Below the pieces are notes generated by a model, which was not told the origin of the DNA, did no database searches, and was given only the letters and a program-made list of their open reading frames with translations. This document shows, piece by piece, positions 1-12,760 of a stretch of 64,000 bases of DNA. The DNA comes from Mobula hypostoma (lineage: Eukaryota). The stretch's first letter is position 1, and each line of letters starts with the position of its first letter. The stretch spans positions 53,010,001 through 53,074,000 of the forward strand of contig NC_086106.1 of the NCBI RefSeq assembly GCF_963921235.1. Direction: 5' to 3'. Made by a program: the position numbers and the translations under genes.

Positions 1-71
1 GGAATATTGTAGGTCAATGTGGAATTGGTGGGATGAAAGACTTGTTTCTATTCTGTATGACTCCATGATAT

Positions 72-2097
72 TTGAATTGACTCTATTTCTTGCATCCTTC
101 ACATACATCAGTAAAGATCTTTACGTTACATCTCTGTCTAAATGTGCAATCACAGTAAATTATAATAAATAGAACAGTCAATGTAATATAGAATACACTC
201 AGATCAGCGTGAGTTAACCAGTCTGATGGCCTGGTGGAAGCAGCTGTCCTGGAGCCTGTTGGTCCTGACTTTTATGCTGCGGTACTGTTTCCTGGATGGT
301 AGCAGCTGGAATAGACTATGGTTAAGGTGACTCAGGTCCCCAGTGATCCTACGGGATTTTTACACACCTGTCCTTGTAAATGTCCTGAATCATGGGAAGT
401 TCACAACTACAGATGCACTGGGCTGTCTGCACCATTCTCTGCAGAGTCCTGCGATTAAGGGAGGAGTTCCAGTACCTGGCAGTGATGCAGCCAGTCAGGA
501 TGCTCTCAATTGTGCCCTTGTAGAAAGTTCTTAGGATTTGGGGGCCCATAACAAACTTCCTCAACCAGCTGAGGTGAAAGAGGTGCTCTTGTGCCTTTTT
601 CACCACACAGCTGGTGTGTACAGACCATGTGAGGTCCTCGGTGATGTGGATGCTGAGGAACCTAAAGCTGTTTACCCTCTTAACCCCAGATCCATTGATG
701 TCAATAGGGGTTAGCCCGTCTCCATTTCTCCTGTAATCCACAACTAGCTCCTTTTTTTTTGTTACATTGAGGGAGAGGTTGTTTTCTTGACACCACTGTG
801 TCAGAGAGGTGACTTCTTCCCTGTAGGTCACCTCGTTATTGTTTGAGATAAGGCCAATCAATGTAGTGTCGTCGGCAAATGTAATTAGCAAATTAGAGCT
901 GTGGGTGGCGATACAGTCATGGGTATGCAGGGAGTAAAGGAGGGGACTTAGTTCACAGCCCTGAGAGGCTCCTGTATTGATAGTCAGAGGGTTGGAGGTG
1001 AGGGAGCCCACTCTTACAACCAGCTGGTGATCTGACAGGAAGTCCTGGATCCAGCTGCACAATTCAGGGTCAAGGCCGAGGTCTCTAACCTTCTTGTCAG
1101 GCCTGAATGGAATTATGGTGTTGAATGCTGAACTGTAGTCCAAGGACAGCATTCTCACAAAAGCATCCTTCTTCTCCAGATGTGTAAGGACAGTATGCGG
1201 AGCAGTGGCTGTTGCAACATCTGTCATTCGGTTGTGTTGGTAGGCGAATTGTAGGGGGTTCAGTCTGAGTAGTAGCAGGCTGCAGATGTAATCATTGACC
1301 AGCCTCTCAAACGTTCGCTTATTATTGAGGTGAGTGTGACAGGACGCCAGTCATTCAGGCATTTTACCTTGGTCTTTTTGGTACAGGGACAATGGTGGAT
1401 AATTTGAAGCAGGAGGGCACTCTATACTGGGAGAGGGAGAGATTAAAAATGTCAGTAAACACACCTGCCAGTTGTGCTGCACACATCCTGAGTACTTGCT
1501 CTGGGATGTCGTCTGGTCCCGCAGCCTTGCGACTGTCCACTCGTTGGGAACAGCTGCGTACCTCAGCCTCAGGTGACCAGGTTGCAGGTTGTAGCGGTGG
1601 TTTTCCTTGGAGGCTCAGAGTTAGCGACATTGAACCAAGTGTAAAGGTGATTGAGCCCATCTGGGAGAGAGGCCACGATGTTGGCGGCACCACACCGTTT
1701 GGCTTTGAAGTCTGCAATGGTATGCAGCCCCCGCCACAAGTCACATGTGCTATTCATTGTGAATCTTGACTCAATCTTGCCCCTATATTGTTGTTTTGCA
1801 GCCTTGAAAGCTTTGCGCAGATCATAGCTGCTTTTCTTGAGCTCTAGTTGATCGCCAGTGATGTAAGCTCAATGTAGCACTGCAAGTGTTGCTCGCATGG
1901 AACTATTGATCCAGGGTTTCTGGTTCGGGAAGACCCTGACTGACTTCTGAGGGACAACATCATCGATGCACTTCCGGATAAAGCACATGACTCCATCAGT
2001 AAATTTGGAGACGTCCTCATCATGGAAGACATTCCAGTTGACGTCATTGAAGCAGTCCTGCAGCAGTGGGCCGATTGGTTGGACCAACAGTAGACAG
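72..2097 (-). mobile_element. Rex1/Babar-clade LINE, 5'-truncated, decayed
   Basis: Minus-strand ORF pieces with RT motifs ([45 protein letters not shown]); 3' tail (TCAAT)n near 72; closely similar to the copy at 8715-9905. Confidence 0.9.
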
Positions 2098-2299
2098 TTT
2101 TAACTATGGCCCAGGCAAAAGCAGGATCGAAGAGTGATCTGATTTTCCAAAAGCTGGGGTAGGAGGAGGATAGAGCTGGACGTCTGTAATGGATCCTTAA
2201 GGTAAATTAGCATGCATTTAAGTCTAGATTTTTTGATTGCATCAAACCCTTTTTCAGAGACATTTCCAATCGTCTCCCTCTTTAACATTTTTGTGCTGA

Positions 2300-2480
2300 A
2301 TTAGCTGGGAGTTGGTGTAATGAGATCAATGCAATAGAATGTTGTATATATGGATTTACGAAAGGCGTTGGCTAACAATAGGCTTGTCATTAAAATTGAG
2401 GCCTTTGAAATAAAAGGGACAGTGACATTATCTGTAGCAAACTGTCTGAGTAACTAGAAAGAGTGTTGAAAGATTGTTTG
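2300..2480 (+). mobile_element. Old CR1 LINE RT fragment (continues ~3810-3950 after nested insertions)
   Basis: gttgtatatatggatttacgaaaggcgttg resembles VYMDFxKAFD; 3825-3870 resembles the GVPQGSVLGP region. Confidence 0.55.
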
Positions 2481-2557
2481 GACCAAAAATACAAACTGTT
2501 AGAGGAATTTTGATCAGGCAGCATCTGTGAAGAAAATGCAAAGTCAGTGTTTTAGGT

Positions 2558-3732
2558 CAGCGGTCCCCAACCACCAGGCCGCAAAGCATGTGCTACCGGA
2601 CACGAGGAAACGATATGATTTGGCGATATGAGTTAGCTGCACCTTTCCTCATTTCCTGTCACGCCCACTGTTGAGCCATTACGCATGCGAGGTCATTACC
2701 CGCGCGTCATGCTTTTCAGCGCAGGAAGGAGATCAACTCCTTGAGCTTGCAAATAATGGCGGCCTGAAAAGCATATTTGACATAACATCTCTGCTGGCAT
2801 TCTGGATCAAAGTCAAGGCTAAAAATCCTGAGATAGCCACGAAAGCACTGAAAACGTTGCTTCCATTTCCAACATATCTCTGCAATGAATGCAACGAAAA
2901 CTAAATTGCAGAATAGACTGGACATAAGGAACCTCCTTCGAGTATCACTGTCTCCCATCACCCTTTGATAGGACTGTGTTGTTGCAGGAAAACAAGCCCA
3001 GGGCTCCAACTGATTCAGCGATATTGATGTTATATGTTCATACGGGGAAAATATGCGCTGTGTTTGATATCCAAATGTTACTTAAAATGTTATGATGCTA
3101 TTGACTGACTTATATAACCATATAACAATTACAGCGCGGAAACAGGCCATCTCTGCCCTTCTAAGTCCGTGCCGAATGCTACTCTCACCTAGTCCCACCG
3201 ACCTGCACTCAGCCCAGAACCCTCCATTCCTTTCCAGTCCATATACCTATCCAATTTTTCTTTAAATGATAATATCGAACCTGCCTCTACCACTTCTACT
3301 GGAAGTTCGTTCAAGACTTCCTTCAAGCTCCCCTGTCCTCCCCGATATTTGACTTATCACTATATTCATGCGAGGAAAATATGCGCTGTGTGTTTAATAT
3401 TAAATTCGTTAGATAAACTCTTTTAGAAACGAAATTGAGCGTATTAGCTAATTATCATCTATATTCCGGTCGTGATTAACACCTCCCCCCCCGAACAGAA
3501 TCGCCAAAAACGATTTGTAGAAAAAAATCGTACATGCATGCGCAAGTTATGCATGCGCCCGCTCAAGGCTTCATGGTCATTGTAGTCTTTCTCAGGGTAA
3601 ACCCAGCCTATTTGACTGCTACTCTTGTCCGTTGGCAACCCCACCACCACCCCCCACCCCCCGGTCGCCGGTCCGCAAGAATATAGTCAATATGAAACCG
3701 GTCCGCAGTGCGTAGAAGGTTGAGGACCCCTG
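2558..3732 (+). mobile_element. Non-autonomous hAT (Charlie3/MER1-like) DNA transposon
   Basis: TIRs cagcggtccccaacc / ggttgaggacccctg; exact 8-bp TSD ttttaggt (2550-2557, 3733-3740); transposase C-terminal remnant FWIKVKAKNPEIATKALKTLLPFPT...VAGKQAQGS at ~2720-3012. Confidence 0.93.
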
Positions 3733-4589
3733 TTTTAGGTAAACACCTGTCATCTGGATTGAAAGAGTAGAGGGGACATATCCTGTATATTGAAGTCTTC
3801 ATCTTGGATAATTGGCAGTCCTCATGTAACGGTTAGGTTCCCCATGGGCTAATACTGGGACCACAATTTTTCCTAGTTTGCCTTAGTAGCTTGGCCTTGG
3901 GTGCATAGAACACATTCCATATTTTCTGTGAGGAAGATTATAATAAAGCTTAAGGAAGTATAGGAGGTTCAGGTCCTCTCCAAGTTGTGGTTGGATTCTG
4001 TTCCTGAGAACTGTTCATAAGCTGAACAGTTTCCAAGTCAAAAATGCAACCGTGAGCTGAACTCCCTGCACAGTGATTCAGATAATAGTATTTTAGTGAT
4101 GGGGAGGATGGATTGAGGAAGATACTGTTGATAACTTTCACTGCAGGAGATGTCAGGAACATCATTCGGTATTTATCACAGTCAACTTATTTTCCTTTCT
4201 TGAAACTAGTCATTAGTCCTGTATGTCTCAGGTCGCTTGTCATTTTTGCCTCCTAGTTATTAATTTATGATTAAAGTCGCCCTCTTCCATGAGGATACTG
4301 TTATCTCCTGAGTTCTCAGTTGACATATAGGCTTTTGTTGACCTTGATGGCCTTCCGTTGTTTGAGTTAATTCATTTTCCCTTAAGACATGGTGGAATTT
4401 GTAATTCAAGGACTTTCTGCGTTTGCATTTATTAGTTCTTGGATCGCCTGGTATTCCCAACAAGCCAGTCTGGGTTCTTTTCTGGTAAAGGAGTCAAGAA
4501 CATCATTGCCCCCGTTTTACTCAATTTTTCTTGTTGCATTACTGTGTAGGGGTAGAATAATGGAGTTGTTAATTTACGAAACCAGTAGT

Positions 4590-5350
4590 CAGATTTCAGA
4601 ATTGTAAGGAGAAGTAGGCCACCTGACCCTTATAACCTGTACTGTTATTAAGTAAGGTTATGACTGATATGATTGTGATCTCAACTCTGTTTTTCGATCT
4701 TCCGTCGGTAATATTTCACATCCTTGCTTATCAAATTTAAGTCCTACTCACCCTTAAAAATATTTAGTGACTACAGTATGTTTCACTGGATTCATGATGA
4801 TTGGAGAAAAAAAAAATCTCCTGGTCATTTTGAAACAGGAGGTCCCTTATTTTTAGTGACCCCTTTTCTAGATTTCCCCGTAAGAGGAAACATTCTCTTC
4901 CTGTTCACCCCGTCAAGACCTGTCAGGACCTTCTGTTGCAATCATTATCTTTGTCTCTCTTCAGTCTCACCCAAAAAGACAGCTATCGGTCTAGCAAACC
5001 TTCTCTGAGATGCTTCAGATAAATCTTCCATTAAATAAAGAGACCAATCCCGTATATTTATAATGCCCTTTACAACTGAACCATCAAAGATCATTCAGCC
5101 AGCAACAATTTGTGGTTTGTGGGTGGTGGAAAGTGCTCAGTTTCACCTCCCACTAATCTATAGGCATATGGGAAACTGTTTCATCTCCGTTGGCCATTTT
5201 TCTGAACCAAGTTTACTTCAACATCACCTGGAAAATGTGGACTGTGTTCCACATCTCAGGAACCACCTCTCAATGAAAGTGAATTTTAATAATGAAATTC
5301 ATCTTTGTTTCCAGTGCACCATACACCTTTTAGTTGCCTAAGCAAATGGG
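4590..5350 (-). mobile_element. Degraded CR1 LINE 3' portion
   Basis: Reverse-complement CR1-type 3' end (ggagaagtaggccacctgacc...) similar to the other CR1 tails in the window. Confidence 0.55.
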
Positions 5351-5589
5351 TGTGTGAAAATTAATACCTAAAACCCAGCGTAAAACTTGTGGTCTACAAT
5401 GATTCTTGCTCTTCTGAGATATTGGCCAATTGTAGCAAGATTCTCAAAAATCTAGAGAGACACTAGTGCAGTTTTCATAAAATCCTCAATCCACTGACAA
5501 GTTAAGTAGATCAGTGTTGGTATCTGCTCTCCAGCCAATGTCCTTAAAGATAATGGACAAGCCATGTTGTTTACATGATTAAAACCAGA

Positions 5590-6075
5590 TTTACAAAAGA
5601 ACAAGAACATGAAATGCTAGAAATCTGAGTAGTGGTAAGAGAAGCAGTCAAAGTTTTTAGATCAGGGACCCTTCGGAACTGAAAAGGAGGCAGAAGAATC
5701 TGGTTAAGCTGCTTAAAGGATAGGGGAAGGAGATGTCTTGGATAGGGTAAAACTGGGTGACCATGAGAATAAACTAAAATAAAGCTTATCTTGTCAATGA
5801 GTGAGCAGGAACAGTTAATAGGTAATGGTATCTGGGAAATGCGAAATAAAAGAGCAGGAGGACATGCCCAGAAGGTCAGATTGGACATGTACCCCACTCC
5901 AAGAAAGATGGAAAAAAAAACAGGAAAGGAAAAAAGAAACAATCCAAACTAATATTACAGGCTGATGGCTGACGCAGCCAGATAAATCAAGTTATCTGAA
6001 GTTTTAGAATGTAATGTTGAGTCCAGAAGGCTGCAATGTGGCCAGGCAGAAGACAAGACACTGTTCTTCATGCAC
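5590..6075 (-). mobile_element. Degraded Penelope-like element 3' fragment
   Basis: Terminal motif (aaatgctagaaatc...gacccttc), purine-rich UTR and GIY-YIG C-terminal remnant (6000-6070), same layout as 19527-20150. Confidence 0.55.
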
Positions 6076-6374
6076 GTCTCTTCCTAACCCTTTGCACCAA
6101 GGTATATCACTTCAAATTTTTTTGTATTAAATTTATTCTGCCTTTTGATCACTCAGCCAACCTGTATGTATCTTGTTGCTATTATTGCCCTCACTATTTA
6201 CGAAAGTTCTAAGCTTTATATCGTCTGTGGGCTTGGAAATTTTATTTTGTATCATGTTAATTTTATCATGAAAAATATTTTATCTGTATAATCAAACATT
6301 ATTTTCCTGTAACAAATCAAAATGACTTCCCTTTATTAGTTCAAACTTCTTTGAGTATTTGTGTTTCCTAATTA

Positions 6375-7786
6375 TCTATATACTACTAAAACTCGTGCAC
6401 TGTCTGTCTGTTTGTGACCTCCAATTAGCGCAAATGGTGCATTACAGCGGCACTTTTTTTGGCTAAATCGAATTAAAATGCGCCAACTTACAGAATACAG
6501 GCAAAGTTCAGGGTTATATATTCGTATAAAATTGCTCATTCGCCAAAACTCAACAGGCTGCCTTTCACCTGAGACCCGATCGGCCATCATGGAAATCGGG
6601 ACGGCACAGCCCGACGCATGCGCATAGCCAGCCTCAGCAGCTTGGAGGCTTTGGTGTTACTGGTTCCTATCTTCTATCAAGCATTAGGGTAAAAATATAT
6701 GGATAGCCTAATTATGCCACGTGGAAAGAGAAGGGGGACATTATGGTCAAGAGATGACGCCAAACATCGTCGGGAAGCGGCAAGGAGAGGGAGAGAACAA
6801 CAATCGGATGAGGCCAGGCCCGCACGACTCCAGGTTCAAAGAGTCAGGACAAAAAAGATGAGAGAAGACAAGACAGAGGAGGACAGGCATGCACGTCTCC
6901 AAAATGACAACAATAGGCACAGACAGGAGAGAACAAGAATTCAATCAGGCCATGGCTGCATGACTACAGGATCAGAGAGAAAGAACAAATGGAAGAAGAG
7001 GTGAAGAGACGAAGGATGAAAGGGCTGCGTGTTCTTCAGAATGACAAAAACAGGCAGAGAAGGAGGAGAGAGGAAGAGACAGAGGAGAAAAGGAAAGATC
7101 AACTCGAGAATATGCAGCACAGAGTAATTATTGTGAGCGTTGCTGAAGACGACAACGGACGCTTTAGGCGACAATACCTCGACTGAGAAAGAGCAAGGCC
7201 AAATGGACGACTCACATGCCGTCACATTTCTGCTGATGTTGGTTGGATGACGAGAGTATGCCCTTACTGTCGTGCCTTCCTATTCACTGGAGAAACCTCA
7301 CATTTCTGCTGTATGAAGGGAAAGGTCAGGATAGGCAATTTGCAGCCTCTACCTAATGAACTCCTCAATTTGTACAGCAATGATGAATCTATTGCAAACG
7401 AGTTCAGGAAGAACATCAGACAATACAATTGCCTCTTGCAAATGACATCCTTTGGTGCCAAAGAAGTCATTCCAACTAGGAATTGATGGAATCCTTCTGT
7501 GATTATTCAAGGCCAAATCCATCATTACATCGGACATTTAATTCCAGACCCGACCCAGCAAGCCGAATTCCTTCAAATTTACTTCATGGATATTTATTAT
7601 TCATTCTGGTCACGTATTTCTCTTGCTATGCGTCTTTCTTCTTTAATAAGCTGAGTTTTTCTTCTTTAATTTCCAAATCAAAGAGATAGCAATAGCATTC
7701 AGGAAAGTTTAATGTTCATTCTGGTCACATCAAACTGCACTACCCTTCTTTCAAAGGGTGCCCCAACGGGTCACCCCATTGTCTAG
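6375..7786 (+). mobile_element. Internally deleted (non-autonomous) Helitron
   Basis: 5' TC(TATATACTACTAAAAC) after A6374; GC hairpin gggtgccc-caac-gggtcaccc (7756-7776); CTAG end (7783-7786) followed by T; RepHel N-terminal remnant inside. Confidence 0.9.
6714..7592 (+). pseudogene. Helitron Rep/helicase N-terminal remnant (frameshifted)
   Basis: R/E/D-rich repeats (ETEE.R..RL), then CPYCRAFLFTGETSHFCCMKGKV, FRKNIRQYN, QMTSFGA, IQGQIHHYIG, FLQIYFMD. Confidence 0.85.
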
Positions 7787-7939
7787 TTGTTTCTAAAACT
7801 TACCCATGTGGCCCGATTCTTACACTCAGGGACCCTGGTTAATTTGTATCTGGAATATTTTGTACAGATCCGCTTTCTGAATTCAAAGAAGCTATACCTG
7901 TGATGAAGGGACTGCAGCCATTGTGTATCAACACATTGT

Positions 7940-8195
7940 CATGACCGTGTAGTGGTTAGCGCAAAGCTATCACAGCTTGGGGCATTTCAGAATTTTGAGT
8001 ACAACTCCAATACCATTCCATATGTCCTCCACCATGGAATGTGTGGGTTTCCTCCGGTTTCCTGTGACAGTCCAAAGAACTACTGGGTAGGTTAATTGGT
8101 CATTATAACTTGTCCTGTGGTTCAGTCGGGATTGCTAGGAAGGTGTGGTTCGAAGGGCTGGAAGGGCCTACTCCATGCTGTATAGCTAAATAAAT
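7940..8195 (+). mobile_element. tRNA-derived V-SINE (HE1-like)
   Basis: A-box-like gtgtagtggttagc; V-domain tgtgtgggtttcctccggtttcct..cagtccaaaga; CR1-like tail gaagggcctactccatgctgta. Confidence 0.75.
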
Positions 8196-8424
8196 CAGTC
8201 AGTGGATTTCTGGACTAATAGGTATATCAAACAGGAAAAAAATAAGCAGTATGGACCAATTGTAGCCAATGTGGTCCATGTACTTCTACTGGTACAATAA
8301 TTGTGTGAGTTAGAGAATTCTTTGATTTGACTGTTTTGGTTAAGCACCCAATATATGCCTTGGTTGATATACATGCATTATAATAATTTGGATGTGTTTC
8401 AAGTACATTGAGCTTCATAAATCA

Positions 8425-8650
8425 TTGTAATTTACAGCACAGAAAGGAAGCAATTTGGTTCATCGTGTCCACTTTGGTCAATAAAGAATCTGTTTAAGTT
8501 AATCCCATTTCCCAGCACTCAGAATTGAGCTTCGTAGCTTCCAACTCTTGAAATGCTCAATTGGGTATTTTTTTTTTAACATACACCTAGGTTTCTTGCC
8601 TTCACCCATCTCTTCAGTCAATGTGTTTTAGCCCCCTACTCCCCCATACA
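8425..8650 (-). mobile_element. CR1 3' tail fragment
   Basis: tacagcacagaaaggaagcaatttgg... matches the reverse CR1 tail pattern. Confidence 0.45.
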
Positions 8651-8714
8651 TATCTTTGATTACAGGCTTTTGGAGATTACATGGTTTATTCTGTAAGATA
8701 ATTTAGTTCTATTA

Positions 8715-9905
8715 ATTGAATTGACTTCATTACTTGCATCCTTCATATATATGAGTAAAAATCTTTATGTTATGTCTCAGTCTAAATGTACAATTATAGT
8801 AATTTATAATAAATATTATGTACAACAGGATAGTCAATATAACATAGAGATGCAGTTGCATCAGCATGAATTGAGCAGTCTGATGGCCTGGTGGAAGAAG
8901 CTGTCCCGGAACCTGCTGGTCCTTTTTTTATGCTGGGGAACCGTTTCGCAGATGGTAGCAGTTGGAACAGTTTGTGGTTGGGGTGACTCGGGTCTCCAAT
9001 GATCCTTCGTGCCCTTTTTACACACCTGTCCCTGCAAATGTCCTGAATAGTGGGAAGTTCACATGCGTTGGGCTGTCCACACCACTCTCTGCAGAGTCCT
9101 GTGATTGAGGGAAGTACGGTTCCCATACCAGGCAGTGATGCAGTCAGTCAGGATGCTTTCAATTGTGCCCCTGTAGAAAGTTCTTAGGATTTGGGGGCCC
9201 ATAACAAACTTATTCAACTGTCTGAGGTGAAAGAGATGCTGTTGTGCCTTTTTCACCACACAGCCGGTATGTACAGACCATGTGAGGTCCTTGGTGATGT
9301 TTATGCCAAGGAATTTAAAGCTGTTCACCTTCTCAACCCCAGATCTATTGATGTTAATAGGGTCTAGCCTGTCTCCATTCCTACTGTAGTCCACAACCAG
9401 CTCCTTTGTTTTTGCGACATTGAGGGTGAGGTTGTTTTCTTGACACCATCATGTCGTGGTGATGACTTCTCTGTAGGCTGTCCCGTTATTATTTGAGATT
9501 AGGTCAGTCAGTGTAGTGTCATCAGCAAGTTAATTAGCAGATTGGAGCTGTGGGTGGTGACACAATCATGGGTGTGCAGAGAGTAAAGGAGGGGGCTTAA
9601 TACACAGCCCTGAGGGGCAACTATGTTGATGGTCAGAGGGGCAGAGGTGAGGGAGCCCACTCTTACCCCCTGCTAGCGATCTGAAAGGAAGTACAGGATC
9701 CAGCTGCACAAGGCAGGGTGAAGGCCGAGGTCTCTGAGCTTCTTGTTGAGCCTGGAGGGAATTATGGTGTTAAATGCTGAACTGTAGACTAAGAATGGCA
9801 TTCTCACATAAGCATCCCTATTCTCCAGGTATGTAAGGACAGTGTGTAGAGCTATGGCTATTGTGCCATCTGTTGATTGGTTGTGTTGGTAGGCGAGTTG
9901 TGGGG
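8715..9905 (-). mobile_element. Rex1/Babar LINE, 5'-truncated
   Basis: RT/C-terminal remnants (VNSFKFLGINITKDLTWS, FYRGTIESILT, DPSHPNHKLF); (TCAAT)n tail; same subfamily as 72-2097. Confidence 0.9.
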
Positions 9906-10149
9906 CAGATGTAGTCCTAGTGAGCTTTTGAAATAATATCTGGTGTTTAGTTCCATTTGTGTTATTTCACTTGTAATGCAACTTGATATTACTGATTTTT
10001 TTTTTCTCTTGGATATAAATTTACCTATGGACAACTATATTTAGGCACCCTCCACAGCACAGCATGTGGAAAACCTTTGAATCTGCATAGCATGTTGCAT
10101 TTTTATTTTCAAATAAAGTTTGTATGCAGTCATTGAAAAATAGAACCTT

Positions 10150-10250
10150 ACAGATGTGGGAATGCTGAAATTCAAATTGAAAATGCTAGGGATGCTCAGG
10201 TAGATGGTATCTGTGGAAAAAGAAACAAGTAGCCTTTCAGATTAGAACTG
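10150..10250 (-). repeat. Degenerate Penelope terminal-repeat fragment
   Basis: acagatgtgggaatgctgaaattcaaattgaaaatgctaggg...tatctgtggaaa resembles 19595-19660. Confidence 0.45.
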
Positions 10251-10789
10251 AGTATTCTTAAGATTTTCTCTCATCATTACACAAACTCTTGTTATTGTGA
10301 ACCATTCAATGTTTTTCAAAATTACCAAAAAATATGTTTATAGCAATTAATTAGATAATTTACCTCAATATACTGTGTTTCTAGTATCCTTATTAGCAGA
10401 TGAAGAATCAAAATAGTAAAGCTGGGAAGATCTACCAGCTGTCAAGTAGATTGTGGACTGAGAAAAGTAGAGTTAATATTTTACATCTTGATAAAACCTA
10501 GAGCTTAAAGTTAACCCAGTTCTTGCCCTGTTGGAAATTGATACATACCACTTATTATTCTGGATAGTAGTTCATTGCCAAATATAAATATTGAAATGTA
10601 ATTTATGAAAATTTGAATTTTTAGCATTGAATTTCACTGGATAGGATCACTTAAAAGCAACGTAGAGCTTAAAATTAGTGTGTCAGTATCCAGATTCCCA
10701 AAAAATGCACAGCACATCAACCCAACAGTGTAAAATTACACTAATGTGTGTCATCAATTCCATTTCCTGTGATTTATATCCATGGTAAC

Positions 10790-11045
10790 ACACAGCGTGG
10801 AACAGAGGAACATAGCAGAATAGAAGCAAGGGTAGACCATTTGGCCCTTCCAAATGGTTCTGCTGTTTATTGTGATCAGGCTGATTATCTGTCTTAATAT
10901 CATGTTGCCACTTCATCCCATGAATGGGAAGGTTATAGAGGACTATGGTCCAGGTGTAGGTCGATTGGATTAGGCAGAATAATAGTTTGGCATGGACTAG
11001 ATGGGCCTAAGGGCCTGTTTCTGTGCCGTAGTGCTCTATGACTCG
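10790..11045. mobile_element. Two CR1 3' tails, opposite orientations (10790-10920 minus; 10920-11045 plus)
   Basis: gaccatttggcccttc (reverse tail) and gatgggcctaagggcctgtttctgtgccgta...ctatgactc (forward tail). Confidence 0.65.
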
Positions 11046-12464
11046 ATTACTGTAGGAGCGAAGCCATTTTGTTTGAAATTTTTCTCATCGATAATTGTAA
11101 GTGTTTGGTATTTTCTATATCAGTGGACTGTGAATAACCAATAGCTGACAGATTTTTAGACACTTCAGTAAAGAAGACAACTTGGGGGTCAAGCTGAAGG
11201 GCTGAGAATAATGGACATTTAGGATCAAGTGAAATAGAGGATGAGAAGAATGAATGGCAAAGTCCGCTGTAATGTTAACTGAATATTAAAGCAAGCTTGA
11301 GGGGCAGTACAAGCTATTCTTCAGTTGCTTATACCAACAAAGATGAACGTACTTCATTCTTCCTTGCTTGGAGAGAGAAGGCAGAGTGAGCACACTTTGA
11401 CACTTTTTTGCAGTATCCTCCTACGCTGATGGCAAGTCACTCACGTTCAGATCTCACATCTAAACTGCAGTGCAGTTCACAACGGACCTGCAGCTGAGCT
11501 AGTGTCAGATAGTGAATGGCTTCAGTTTCACTCTTATTCTATTCTTCAATAATTACCTGGCTAAGCTGCAGTCCTTCACTATCTAAGTGCAAGTATAGGG
11601 AAAGGTTGGCTGAAGGCAGAGGGATAGCAGAATACCAAACAATATCCATTGATTGCTTTTTGAATTTAGTAATCTTAACTATCTCCATTATTACATTGAG
11701 TTACTTGGCTTTTGTTGTTATGATGAATTCTGTAATTTCACCATCTGAGTGAAGACTTTTGTCCTAACCTCATTCCACGTGTTTTAATGTATAACCCCAG
11801 GTTGAGAACCCTCATTATTAACACCTGAGTCCTTGGATCTTATTCTTCCCTAATTAGTAGAAATCTAGTCAACTAATCTCTCCTTGTATGGCAGTCCTGA
11901 CTTTCTCAAAATCTGTATAGTGAACCTGTTTGCCCTGCCTTTTTTTTTCTCTCTTCAAGGGGAAGTTGTAGTAAAAGAAAAGCACCATCATCTCCAAAGA
12001 TTCTTGTAAAAGCTGTAGCTCTAAGCCTTAGGGAATGTAGTTCATTGTCATGATTATGTAATGTGAAATGAATTTGTAAATAACTTGGTGCAACATGAAA
12101 GATACCGGCTTGTATAGAACTTGGATAAAGTATTTTTGTGCTACTGTTGCAGTTCACGAATAGATTTTAGTTTTGTTTCCTCTCACAGTTATTCTTATTT
12201 TAGTTGATGCATGCAGAGTGAGCTATTTTTGTTGACTGTATAGCTAGAGTAAGCCTTGTCTCAGTACTAACTATATTTTCTCATTCATAAGCTCATGGGT
12301 ACAGGACTGACTGCTGCAACTTAATGCAACAGCAAACCAGGATGCATACTAGCCCATTGTCAGTGTTTGCTCATGAAATGGCGTGTTGTATTTCTTAAAT
12401 CCATATTCCTTGGTTAGCATTGTCCCTACTAGTGAAAACAATTTCTCCCTAATTTTCCTTTATG

Positions 12465-12732
12465 TCTCTCTCTTGCCCATTATGCCAGTGCCAATTAGGG
12501 CAGTAATGAAGGCCCTTCATCTCTGGTGGTGTTCAGGGCTTCCTACGTCATATTAGTAGCTTCCTTTTGGTTTTCACCAGTGTCAACTACCGAGTGGAGA
12601 CTCAAGAATACCATTGCACTCAGATGTACAAGGAATCTTCACTACTGTTTTAGTAACAATTTTGTTTTACCAGTCAGAGTTGTTAGCCCTGAGCTGAACC
12701 CCCGAACCTGGAAGACCGGTGGCCCCTTATTA
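12465..12732 (-). mobile_element. RTE-clade-derived non-autonomous retroposon, 3' part (5' part at 20533-20690)
   Basis: Minus strand reads ccaggttcgggggttcagctcagggctaacaac (RTE 5'UTR-type), then an RTE-like 3' end; no ORF. Confidence 0.6.
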
Positions 12733-12760
12733 GAAATGAGAAAATCTGCAGATATGCTGG
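12733..12760 (-). mobile_element. Penelope-like element extreme terminus, separated from its body by the Gypsy insertion
   Basis: gagaaaatctgcagatatgctgg; in the uninterrupted copy at 42740 the same motif runs straight into aagcaacacacac, which resumes here at 19527. Confidence 0.7.
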
